Below are positions 19,261 to 27,996 of a stretch of DNA of 64,000 bases, piece after piece. Each line of letters begins with the position of its first letter. Positions within the stretch are counted from its first letter, which is position 1. The notes under the pieces were generated by a model. The model made no database searches, was not told the origin of the DNA, and saw only the letters and a program-made list of their open reading frames with translations. The stretch spans positions 10,277 to 74,276 of the forward strand of contig JAKBBP010000009.1 in the NCBI GenBank assembly GCA_021808445.1. The letters are read 5' to 3'. Source of the stretch: Pseudomonadota bacterium. Lineage in GTDB: Bacteria > Pseudomonadota > Gammaproteobacteria > Burkholderiales > Burkholderiaceae_C. The translations under genes were made by a program, and so were the position numbers.

Positions 19261-19290
19261 ACAATACCCAAGCTGCGCGAACTTTAGCAA
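19261..19290 (-). promoter_or_regulatory. Candidate sigma70 promoter for leader-trpE
   Basis: Minus strand TTGCTA-N18-TATTGT. Confidence 0.45.
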
Positions 19291-19379
19291 ATCCCCGCGC
19301 AGGCCTGCCCTTGTGGTTCGGCCGATTGCCAAGGCGCCGCGATGCAGGCACACTGCCGCCCCATGCGAACGATCGTTCG

Positions 19380-19411
19380 CTTTTCCGTCCACGAGCTTTT
19401 CCGTCCACGAG
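19380..19411. repeat. Perfect 16-bp tandem duplication
   Basis: CTTTTCCGTCCACGAG x2, running into the RBS of the next gene. Confidence 0.9.
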
Positions 19412-19419
19412 GAGCCCTG

Positions 19420-20112
19420 ATGCGCCTGCCCCGCCCATCCAGCCTTGCGCGCCGCGCCGCGCTGCCCCTGCTGCTGCCCCTGCTGCTGTCCCTGCCCATG
19501 TGCCTGGCGCTGCCGCGCGTGGCCTGCGCCGCGCAGGCCAGCCCGGCGCTGGCCGCGTCGCCCCCCAGCGCCGCGGGGGCGACTCCCCTGAAACTTCACG
19601 GCGTGGTCGTGCCTCCCGGCGCGCAGGTGGGCAGCAGCCCGTTGCGACTCAATGGTGCCGGGACGCGCTATTTCCTGATTTTCAAGGTCTATGTCGCGGA
19701 GCTGTACCTGCCGCGCACCACCCACAGCGCCAAGACGGCGCTGGGCATGGCCGGGCCCAAGCTGATGCGCCTGGTCATGCTGCGCGACGTCAGCGGCAAG
19801 GAGCTGGGCGACAAGCTCACCGAGGACATCAAGAACAACGTGCCCGCGGCCGACTTCGCCACCATGATCACGGGCCTGGCGCGCATGGGCGGCCTGTTTG
19901 CCGATCGCCACGAACTGCGCGAGGGCGATGTGGTCGAGCTGACCGACGTGCCCGGCAAGGGCATGCAGATCAGCATCAACGGACAGGTCGAGGGGGCGCC
20001 CTACGCCGACGCGAACTTTTTCGACAACCTTCTGCGCGTGTGGCTGGGGCCGCGGCCGGCCTCGCAGCGACTCAAGAAGGCCCTGCTGGGCCATTCCGAC
20101 GACTCGAACTGA
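19420..20112 (+). CDS. Chalcone-isomerase-like exported protein
   Basis: Signal peptide; LNGAGTRYFLIFKVYVAELYL, FDNLLRVWLG..P. Confidence 0.85.
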   Translation: MRLPRPSSLARRAALPLLLPLLLSLPMCLALPRVACAAQASPALAASPPSAAGATPLKLHGVVVPPGAQVGSSPLRLNGAGTRYFLIFKVYVAELYLPRTTHSAKTALGMAGPKLMRLVMLRDVSGKELGDKLTEDIKNNVPAADFATMITGLARMGGLFADRHELREGDVVELTDVPGKGMQISINGQVEGAPYADANFFDNLLRVWLGPRPASQRLKKALLGHSDDSN

Positions 20113-20122
20113 GCTGCGACGC

Positions 20123-20833
20123 TCAGGCCGGCTGCAGGGGCAGCAGGTCCAGGCGGTCGAAATAGGCCAGCGCGGGCGTGGCGCGGATGGGCTCGCCGTG
20201 GTTGTAGCCGTAGGTGGCGAGCACCGCGGGACAACCGGCCGCCGCGGCGGCGGCCGCGTCGTTCTGGGAGTCCCCTACCATCAAGGTGCGCTCGGGCGGC
20301 TGGCCCAGGCGCTCGCAGGTGCGCAGCAGCGGCAGCGGATCGGGCTTCTTGCGCTCGAAGGCGTCGCCACCGACGACTTCGGAGAAGAACTCCAGCAGGC
20401 CCTTGCGCTCGAGCAGTTCGCGCGCATGCACACCCGGTTTGTTGGTCACGCATGCCAGCGTCAGGCCCGCGCCGCGCAGGCGCTGCAGCCCCTCGACGAC
20501 CCCGGGAAACAGCTCGGAGTGACGGCCATTGGCCAGCGTGTAGTGCCGCTGGTACACGCGCAGCGCCTGCTCCTGCAGCGCGTCGGCCTGCTGCGCCGGC
20601 AGGTGCAGGCGCAGCACCTGGGCCACCAGGTGCTCGGAGCCCTTGCCCACACGCTGGGCGACCTGCTCGGGCGTGACGTCGCCCAGGCCGAGTTCGCGCA
20701 GCATGCCCCCCAGCGCCACCAGGAAGTCCCCCAGGGTATCGACCATCGTGCCATCGAGGTCGACGAGGGCCGCGCGCACCGCAACGCCGGCCACCAGGGG
20801 AGCGGCCCCTTGCGATCCTGGCACGGCCCTCAT
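20123..20833 (-). CDS. gph: Phosphoglycolate phosphatase (HAD)
   Basis: [29 protein letters not shown]; coupled to rpe. Confidence 0.92.
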   Translation of the reverse strand: MRAVPGSQGAAPLVAGVAVRAALVDLDGTMVDTLGDFLVALGGMLRELGLGDVTPEQVAQRVGKGSEHLVAQVLRLHLPAQQADALQEQALRVYQRHYTLANGRHSELFPGVVEGLQRLRGAGLTLACVTNKPGVHARELLERKGLLEFFSEVVGGDAFERKKPDPLPLLRTCERLGQPPERTLMVGDSQNDAAAAAAAGCPAVLATYGYNHGEPIRATPALAYFDRLDLLPLQPA

Positions 20834-21528
20834 GCCACCCGAGCCAGTTCGGCGCGCATCGAGTCGATGACGGCGCGGTAATCCTTCTGCCCGAAGATCG
20901 CACTGCCGGCCACGAAGGTGTCGGCCCCGGCCGCCGCGACCGCCGCGATGTTCTCGGCCTTGATGCCCCCATCGACCTCCAGCAGCACCTCGCGCCCGCT
21001 TTGCGCACGGTAGGCGTCCAGGCGCTGGCGCACCATGGCCGTCTTTCGCAGCGCCTCGGGGATGAAGCTCTGCCCGCCGAAACCGGGGTTGACGCTCATG
21101 ATCAGCACCAGGTCGACCTTGTCCATGACGTGGTCGAGGACGTCCAGGCCGGACGCGGGATTGAACACCAGCCCGGCGCGGCATCCCGCGTCGCGGATCA
21201 GCTGCAGGGTGCGATCGACATGGCGGCTGGCCTCGGGGTGGAAGCTGATGATGTCGGCCCCCGCCTTGGCGAACATCTGCGCCAGCGCGTCGACGGGCTC
21301 GACCATGAGGTGCACGTCCAGCGGGACCGGCGTGCCATCGGAGCGCTTGCAATACGGCTTGACGGCCTGCGCCACCAGCGGGCCCACCGTCAGGTTGGGC
21401 ACGTAGTGGTTGTCCATCACGTCGAAGTGGATGAAGTCGGCGCCGGCGTCGATGACGCTGCGGACCTCGTCGCCCAGACGGGCGAAATCGGCCGACAGGA
21501 TGCTGGGAGCGATGCGGTAGGTCGTCAT
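20830..21528 (-). CDS. rpe: Ribulose-phosphate 3-epimerase
   Basis: [37 protein letters not shown]. Confidence 0.97.
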   Translation of the reverse strand: MTTYRIAPSILSADFARLGDEVRSVIDAGADFIHFDVMDNHYVPNLTVGPLVAQAVKPYCKRSDGTPVPLDVHLMVEPVDALAQMFAKAGADIISFHPEASRHVDRTLQLIRDAGCRAGLVFNPASGLDVLDHVMDKVDLVLIMSVNPGFGGQSFIPEALRKTAMVRQRLDAYRAQSGREVLLEVDGGIKAENIAAVAAAGADTFVAGSAIFGQKDYRAVIDSMRAELARVA

Positions 21529-21593
21529 GGTGAGCGCATTCTAGGAGGCGCCCCCTATCCCCGGAACGCGCCGTGTCTACAATCGACGCCACC

Positions 21594-21971
21594 ATGGATG
21601 CCTATCAATTCTCGGTGGCGGTGGAGCCGGCGTTCCTGCCCGAAGAGTCCGATGTCCAGCAGGGCATGTGGGCCTACAGCTACACCGTGCGCATCCGCAA
21701 CAGCGGCAGCCGCGCTGCCCAGCTGATTGCCCGGCATTGGGTGATCACCGACGAGTCGGGGCGTACCGAGGAGGTGCGCGGCCTCGGCGTGGTGGGCCAG
21801 CAGCCCCTGCTGCGCCCCGGCGAGGTGTTCGAGTACACCAGCTGGACGCGCCTGCGCACGCCCAGCGGCACCATGCGCGGCAGCTACCTGTGCGTGGCCG
21901 AGGACGGATCGCAGTTCGACGCGACCATCCCGGAATTCGCGCTGATCCCGCCGGGCGTGACCCTGCATTGA
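21594..21971 (+). CDS. apaG: ApaG Co2+/Mg2+ efflux-associated protein
   Basis: QLIARHWVITD, VRGLGVVGQQP, FEYTSW..L.TPSGTMRGSY. Confidence 0.95.
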   Translation: MDAYQFSVAVEPAFLPEESDVQQGMWAYSYTVRIRNSGSRAAQLIARHWVITDESGRTEEVRGLGVVGQQPLLRPGEVFEYTSWTRLRTPSGTMRGSYLCVAEDGSQFDATIPEFALIPPGVTLH

Positions 21972-21985
21972 AGCCTCGGCGGCGC

Positions 21986-23299
21986 ATGACCTGGCCTGCG
22001 CTGTCTTCGAGTGTCTCGCGCCGCGCGCGGCGCGTGGCCTGGCTGGCCGGCCTGTTGCCGAGCCTGCTGGGCGCTGGATTGCTGCTGGGATCCTGCGCGA
22101 CGGCGCCCGGGCCCGGCACGGGCCCGGCCCCAGTCAGCGCCGGCTCGGCGGCTTCAGTGGCTTCCGCGGCCGCGCCGGCCGCCTCCGCGGCCTCCGCCGC
22201 GCAGGTCCTGCCTCCCGCCGCGGTCGCCCCCGCCACGGCGCTGCCCCTGCGCGCGACCAGCTTCGCGCAGCTCCCAGGCTGGGATGCGGACGACTTCCAG
22301 GGGCTGTGGCAGGCCTGGCGCCGCGACTGCGGCGCCCGCGTGCCGCTGCTGGCGCGCGCCTGCGCGGCCTCGGCGGCGATCGGCGACTCCGATGTGGGGG
22401 CGCAGCGCGCCTTCTTCGAACAATGGTTCCAGCCCTGGCAGCTGCTGGCGCCCGACGGAGGCGACCACGGCCTGGTCACCGGCTATTACGAACCGGTGTT
22501 CGCCGGCTCGACCACCCGGGGCTGGCCCTACGTGGTGCCGCTCTGGGGCCTTCCCGACGACCTCGTGGATCTGCCGGCCAGCGCCGGCGGCCAGGTACGG
22601 CGCGGCCGCCGCGTGGACGACGGCGACGGGCAGGTGCACGTGGAGCCTTTCTGGAGCCGCGCCCAGATCCAGGCCGACGCCCAGGCGCGCCGACAGCTCG
22701 GGCGTCATGTGGTTGCCTGGCTGAGCAACCCGGTGGATGCGCTGTTCCTGCAGGTCCAGGGCTCCGGACTCCTGCGTCTGCCGGACGGATCCATGTTGCG
22801 CCTGAGCTACGCCGGCGACAACGGCTGGCCCTACAAGTCGGTGGGCCGCTGGCTGCTCGACCAGGGTGACCTGCGCGGCACCGTGACCATGCAGACCATC
22901 CGTGCCTGGGCGCAGCTGCACCCGGATCGGGTGCAGCAGATGCTGGACGCCAACCCGCGCGTGGTGTTCTTCCACGCCGCGCCCCTGCAGCAGCCGCAGC
23001 GCGGCCCTCTGGGCGCCCTGGGCGTTCCGCTGACCGCCCTTCGCAGCGTCGCCGTGGACCGGAAACTGCTGGCGCTGGGCATGCCCCTGTGGCTGAGCAC
23101 GCGCGTGGCCGGCCAGCCGCTGCGACGCCTGGTGTTCGCCCAGGACGTGGGGGGCGCCATCCAGGGCCCGATGCGCGCCGACCTGTTCTTCGGCACGGGC
23201 GACGCCGCCGGGGACGCTGCCGGACGCATGCAGTCGCCGGGCCGCATGTGGATCCTGCTGCCCCGCGCGCAGCCCGACACGACTGCCGCCGCACCCTGA
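21986..23299 (+). CDS. mltA: Membrane-bound lytic murein transglycosylase A
   Basis: Lipobox LLGSC; TGYYEP, LQVQGSG, NPRVVFF, 3D domain AQDVGGAIQG..RADLFFG. Confidence 0.93.
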   Translation: MTWPALSSSVSRRARRVAWLAGLLPSLLGAGLLLGSCATAPGPGTGPAPVSAGSAASVASAAAPAASAASAAQVLPPAAVAPATALPLRATSFAQLPGWDADDFQGLWQAWRRDCGARVPLLARACAASAAIGDSDVGAQRAFFEQWFQPWQLLAPDGGDHGLVTGYYEPVFAGSTTRGWPYVVPLWGLPDDLVDLPASAGGQVRRGRRVDDGDGQVHVEPFWSRAQIQADAQARRQLGRHVVAWLSNPVDALFLQVQGSGLLRLPDGSMLRLSYAGDNGWPYKSVGRWLLDQGDLRGTVTMQTIRAWAQLHPDRVQQMLDANPRVVFFHAAPLQQPQRGPLGALGVPLTALRSVAVDRKLLALGMPLWLSTRVAGQPLRRLVFAQDVGGAIQGPMRADLFFGTGDAAGDAAGRMQSPGRMWILLPRAQPDTTAAAP

Positions 23300-23345
23300 A
23301 CGTTCTGGTGTAATGCAGCCATCCGCCGCCAAGGAGTCCGCTTCG

Positions 23346-24032
23346 ATGCCCGTCTCGACCTCCCACACGAGAAAGCGCGCTGCGCGCAACGCACAGCGGC
23401 ACATTGCGCGCAATGCGCTGGCACTGGCCGCGGTGGCCGCCCTGGGCCTGTTGGGCGGCTGCGAGACCGTCTCGCTCAACGGCCCCGCGCCGGTGGTGGT
23501 GCTGCACCCGGCCTCGGCGCCCGCCCCCGCCGCGGCGGCCAGCGCCGCCAGCGTGCCCGCCCAGCCGGCGGCGCAGGCGCAGGGCCTGCAGCCCACGCCC
23601 GGCGTGGAGGTGCAGCCGCTGGCACCCGCCAGCGCCGCCAGCCTGCCGGCCCTTCCCGGGGCCTCCGCCCCGGCCGCGAGCTCGGCGCCCTTCGCCGCGT
23701 CGGCTCCGGCGGCACCCTCCGCCCCCGCGCCGGCCTCCGCCCCCTCCCTGCCCGCTTCGGCACCCGCCGCCTCGGCCTCGCAGCCCCAGGTGCTGCCCCC
23801 CGGGGCGACGCGCTACGTGTGCAACGACGGCACGTCCTTCCTGGCCAGTTTCGGCGACGTCAGCGTGACCATGAGCACGGCGCTGGGCGTGCTGCAGCTC
23901 GAACAGACGGTGGCCGCGGATGGCGCGCGCTACGCGAATGGCGAGGTGCAGGTGTGGTTCAAGGGCCGCCAGGCCACCATCACCAACCTGCGCAGCCCGG
24001 GCAGTGCGGTGCTGTGCCTGGAACAACGCTGA
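23346..24032 (+). CDS. Lipoprotein with long Ala/Pro linker and C-terminal MliC/PliC-like domain
   Basis: Lipobox LLGGC; YVCNDG...AADGARY...WFKG...C; AAGGAG RBS before ATG 23346. Confidence 0.75.
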   Translation: MPVSTSHTRKRAARNAQRHIARNALALAAVAALGLLGGCETVSLNGPAPVVVLHPASAPAPAAAASAASVPAQPAAQAQGLQPTPGVEVQPLAPASAASLPALPGASAPAASSAPFAASAPAAPSAPAPASAPSLPASAPAASASQPQVLPPGATRYVCNDGTSFLASFGDVSVTMSTALGVLQLEQTVAADGARYANGEVQVWFKGRQATITNLRSPGSAVLCLEQR

Positions 24033-24295
24033 GCGAACGTCCGGTTGCGCTGCTCCCGGGCAGGACCCCCGGCAGCACGACGTAGCACGACGGGGCTCCG
24101 GGTAGCCCTCCGGTTGGCAAGCGCCGGGCACCCGACTACGATGGCCGGCTGAGAGACGACCGCAGGGCAGGCCCACGAAGCCTGCCCCGTGGCGGGCCCG
24201 GCGCCACCCTGCCGAGCCAGTCGCGAACCAGCTGCCACCACCGTGGCGGCGGACGGCCGTTGCGCATCGAGTCGCACACTGAGGAGATAGGCGCC

Positions 24296-27200
24296 ATGAA
24301 CGCAGCGCTGCCCGAATCCGTCCGCCGGGCCCTGGAGACGATCCGTCTCGACGACAAATACACCCTGGAATCCGGCCGCGCCTTCATGAGCGGCATCCAC
24401 GCACTGGTTCGCCTGCCGCTGCTGCAGCGCAAGCGCGACCAGCTCGCGGGCCTGCACACCGCGGGCTTCATCAGCGGCTATCGCGGCTCGCCCCTGGGAG
24501 GCTATGACCAGGCGCTGTGGAAAGCGCGCAAGCTGCTGGCCGAGCACGACATCGTGTTCCAGCCCGGGGTCAACGAAGAGCTGGCCGCCACCGCGCTGTG
24601 GGGCAGCCAGCAGCTGGACCTGTATCCCCAGAGCAAGCGCTTCGACGGCGTGTTCGGCATCTGGTACGGCAAGGGGCCGGGCGTGGACCGGTGCGGCGAT
24701 GTGTTCAAGCACGCCAACATGGCCGGCACCGCGCGCCACGGCGGGGTCATCGCGGTGGCCGGCGACGATCACGTCGCCAAGAGCTCGACCGCGGCGCACC
24801 AGAGCGACCACGTGTTCAAGGCCGTGGGCTTCCCGGTGTTCTTTCCCAGCAACGTGCAGGACATCCTGGACCTGGGCCTGCATGCGCTGGCGATGAGCCG
24901 CTACAGCGGCCTGTGGGCCGGCATGAAGACCATCCAGGAAGTCGTGGAGTCCTCGGCCTCGGTCGACGTATCGGCCGAGCGGGTGCGCATCATCCTGCCC
25001 GAGGATTTCCCCATGCCCGAAGGCGGGGTGCACATCCGCTGGCCGGACGATGCTCTGAGCCAGGAAGCGCGCCTGATGGACGTGAAGTGGTATGCGGCGC
25101 TGGCCTACGTGCGTGCGAACCGCCTGAACCACACGGTGATCGACAGCCCGAACGCGCGACTGGGACTCATGGCCTCGGGCAAGGCCTACAACGACACCCG
25201 CCAGGCGCTGGCCGACCTCGGGCTGGACGAAGGCGCCTGCGCCCAGCTGGGCCTGCGCGTGCACAAGGTGGCGGTGGTGTGGCCCCTGGAAGCGCACATC
25301 ACGCGTGAATTCGCCACAGGGTTGCAGGAAATCCTGGTCATCGAAGAAAAGCGTCAGATCATCGAATATCAGCTCAAGGAGGAGCTGTACAACTGGCGGG
25401 AAGACGTTCGCCCGAACGTGATCGGCAAGTTCCAGGAAACCCCAGGCGACCGCAGTGGTGGAGAGTGGAGCCAGGCCAACCCCGGCGACAACTGGCTGCT
25501 TCCCGCCAAGGCCGACCTGAACCCCGCGGTGATCGCGCGTGCCATCGCCTCGCGCCTGGAGCGCCTGGGCCTGCTGGACCAGGCGCCGCGGGACCTGCAG
25601 CGCCGGGTGCGCGAACGCGTGGCGCTGATCGAGGCCAAGGAGCGCGCGCTGGCGGATGCGCCGCCCAGCGAGAAGCGCCCGCCATGGTTCTGCTCGGGCT
25701 GCCCCCACAACACCAGCACCCGCGTGCCGGAAGGCTCGCGCGCGATGGCCGGCATCGGCTGCCACTACATGGTGGTGTGGATGGACCGCTCCACCTCCAC
25801 CTTCAGCCAGATGGGAGGCGAAGGCGCCGCCTGGGTAGGCCAGGCCCCTTTCACCACCGACAAGCACGTGTTCGCCAATCTCGGCGACGGCACCTACTAC
25901 CACTCCGGGCTGCTGGCCATCCGCCAGGCCATCGCCAGCGGCGCGAACATCACCTACAAGATCCTCTACAACGGCGCCGTGGCGATGACCGGGGGCCAGC
26001 CCGTGGAGGGGCAGCTCAGCGTGGGGCAGATCAGCCGCGAACTGCACGCCGAGGGCGTGCGCGAGATCGTCGTGCTCAGCGACGAGCCCGGAAAGTACCG
26101 CGAGGTGCGCGACCTTGCCCCCGGCGTGAGCGTGCAGCACCGCGACGAGCTCGACCATGTGCAACGCCGGCTGCGGGAGGTCGCCGGCACCACGGTGCTG
26201 ATCTTCGACCAGACCTGCGCCACCGAGAAGCGCCGCCGGCGCAAGCGCGGAACCCTGGCCGAGCCCGACCGGCGCGTGGCCATCCACCCGCTGGTATGCG
26301 AGGGTTGCGGAGATTGCTCCGAGCAGAGCAACTGCCTGTCGGTCGAACCGCTGGAAACCGAGTTCGGGCGCAAGCGCACGATCAACCAGAGCAGTTGCAA
26401 CAAGGACTTTTCCTGCCTGAAGGGGTTCTGCCCGAGTTTCGTGTCCCTGGAGGGAGCCAAGCCTCGCAAGGCCGCCGCGGCCGCCGCGCCCAGCCTGGAG
26501 GCGCTGCCGCCGCTGGACGAGCCGCAGGTGCCGGACCCGGTGAAAGCCGACCGCGCCGGCGGTGGCAACTACGGCATCCTGGTGGCCGGCATCGGCGGCA
26601 CGGGGGTCATCACCATCGGACAGCTGCTGGGCGTGGCCGCGCACATCGAGGGCAAGGGCATCGTCACGCAGGACGCCGCAGGCCTGGCGCAAAAGGGCGG
26701 CGCGACCTGGAGCCACGTGCTCATCGCCGACGATCCCGCGCAGATCCACACCACGCGCATCGCGATGGCCGAGGCGGAGCTGGTGCTGGGTTGCGACCCC
26801 ATCGTCGCCGCCGACCGCGAGACCCTGGCGAGGGTGCGCAAGGACCGCACCTTCGTCGCGCTCAACACCCACGGCGCGCCCACCGCGGCGCTGGTGCATC
26901 AGCCGCAGTGGCAATTCCCGGAAGCCGCCTGCCACCAGGCGCTGGAACAGGCCGTGGGCGCGCAGCAGGTGGCCGGCTTCGATGCCGATGCGCTGGCACG
27001 GCGCGTGCTGGGAGACAGCATCTATGCCAACCCGATGATGCTGGGCTTCGCCTGGCAGAAGGGCTGGATCCCGCTGCGCCGCGAGTCGCTGCTCCGGGCC
27101 ATCGAGCTCAACGAGGTCGCAGTGGCGCAGAACAAGGCGGCCTTCGAGTGGGGCCGCCAGGCCGCGGCGCATCCGCAGCAACTGGCCGCGCTGGGTGCCA

Positions 27201-27916
27201 CCGAGCAGGTCATCGCCTTCGCGCGCCGCCCCGGGCTCGAGGAACTGGTGCGTACGCGCAGCGAATTCCTCGTCGGCTACCAGAACGCCGCCTATGCCAG
27301 CAGCTACCAGGATCTGGTCAGCCGCGTGGCCCAGGCCGAATCGGCGCTGGGCAGCAAGCGCCTGAGCGAGGCCGTCGCTCGCACCCTGTTCAAACTCATG
27401 GCCTACAAGGACGAATACGAGGTGGCGCGCCTGCACAGCGACCCCTCCTTCGCCAAGGCGCTGCGCGAACAGTTCGACGGCGATTTCAAGCTGCGCTATC
27501 ACATGGCGCCCCCGCTGTTCAGCCGGCCGGGACCCGACGGGCGCCCGCGCAAGATCGAGTTCGGCCCCTGGATGGGCTCCGTCATGCGCCTGCTGCGCCA
27601 CGGCAAGGTCTTGCGCGGCAGCGCCTTCGATCCCTTCGGGCGCAGCGAGGAGCGCCGCGCCGAACGCGCGCTGATCCAGCGCTACCGCGACACCATCGAG
27701 CAACTGCTGGGCCAGCTGCGCGCGGACAACCTGGACCTGGCCGTGCGCGTGGCCGAGCTGCCCTCGCGCATCGCCGGCTACGGGCCGGTGAAGCAGCGCA
27801 GCATGGAGCAGGTGCTGCCCCAGTGGGAGGCCTTGCTGCAGGAGTGGCGCGCCACCGCCCAGGGCGCGCCCGCCTCGCGGCCGGCCGCCCTGGGCGCGAC
27901 CATCGCGCAGGGATGA
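24296..27916 (+). CDS. Fused indolepyruvate ferredoxin oxidoreductase family protein
   Basis: SGYRGSPLG, FCSGCPHN, GDGTYYHSG, ferredoxin CEGCGDC, GIGGTGV, AYKDEYEVARL; GAGGAG RBS. Confidence 0.93.
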   Translation: MNAALPESVRRALETIRLDDKYTLESGRAFMSGIHALVRLPLLQRKRDQLAGLHTAGFISGYRGSPLGGYDQALWKARKLLAEHDIVFQPGVNEELAATALWGSQQLDLYPQSKRFDGVFGIWYGKGPGVDRCGDVFKHANMAGTARHGGVIAVAGDDHVAKSSTAAHQSDHVFKAVGFPVFFPSNVQDILDLGLHALAMSRYSGLWAGMKTIQEVVESSASVDVSAERVRIILPEDFPMPEGGVHIRWPDDALSQEARLMDVKWYAALAYVRANRLNHTVIDSPNARLGLMASGKAYNDTRQALADLGLDEGACAQLGLRVHKVAVVWPLEAHITREFATGLQEILVIEEKRQIIEYQLKEELYNWREDVRPNVIGKFQETPGDRSGGEWSQANPGDNWLLPAKADLNPAVIARAIASRLERLGLLDQAPRDLQRRVRERVALIEAKERALADAPPSEKRPPWFCSGCPHNTSTRVPEGSRAMAGIGCHYMVVWMDRSTSTFSQMGGEGAAWVGQAPFTTDKHVFANLGDGTYYHSGLLAIRQAIASGANITYKILYNGAVAMTGGQPVEGQLSVGQISRELHAEGVREIVVLSDEPGKYREVRDLAPGVSVQHRDELDHVQRRLREVAGTTVLIFDQTCATEKRRRRKRGTLAEPDRRVAIHPLVCEGCGDCSEQSNCLSVEPLETEFGRKRTINQSSCNKDFSCLKGFCPSFVSLEGAKPRKAAAAAAPSLEALPPLDEPQVPDPVKADRAGGGNYGILVAGIGGTGVITIGQLLGVAAHIEGKGIVTQDAAGLAQKGGATWSHVLIADDPAQIHTTRIAMAEAELVLGCDPIVAADRETLARVRKDRTFVALNTHGAPTAALVHQPQWQFPEAACHQALEQAVGAQQVAGFDADALARRVLGDSIYANPMMLGFAWQKGWIPLRRESLLRAIELNEVAVAQNKAAFEWGRQAAAHPQQLAALGATEQVIAFARRPGLEELVRTRSEFLVGYQNAAYASSYQDLVSRVAQAESALGSKRLSEAVARTLFKLMAYKDEYEVARLHSDPSFAKALREQFDGDFKLRYHMAPPLFSRPGPDGRPRKIEFGPWMGSVMRLLRHGKVLRGSAFDPFGRSEERRAERALIQRYRDTIEQLLGQLRADNLDLAVRVAELPSRIAGYGPVKQRSMEQVLPQWEALLQEWRATAQGAPASRPAALGATIAQG

Positions 27917-27996
27917 GGGGAAGCATGACGGGCGGCTCTGCGCTCGTCTGAGGGAGGCAGGCCCCGGGGCGACGCCGCGCCGGGCGTCGCGGAGGC

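Noticed and set aside
24140-24200. TPP riboswitch ahead of a TPP-dependent enzyme (CTGAGA at 24149)
   Set aside because: The downstream ACCTGA and pyrophosphate-sensor elements are missing.
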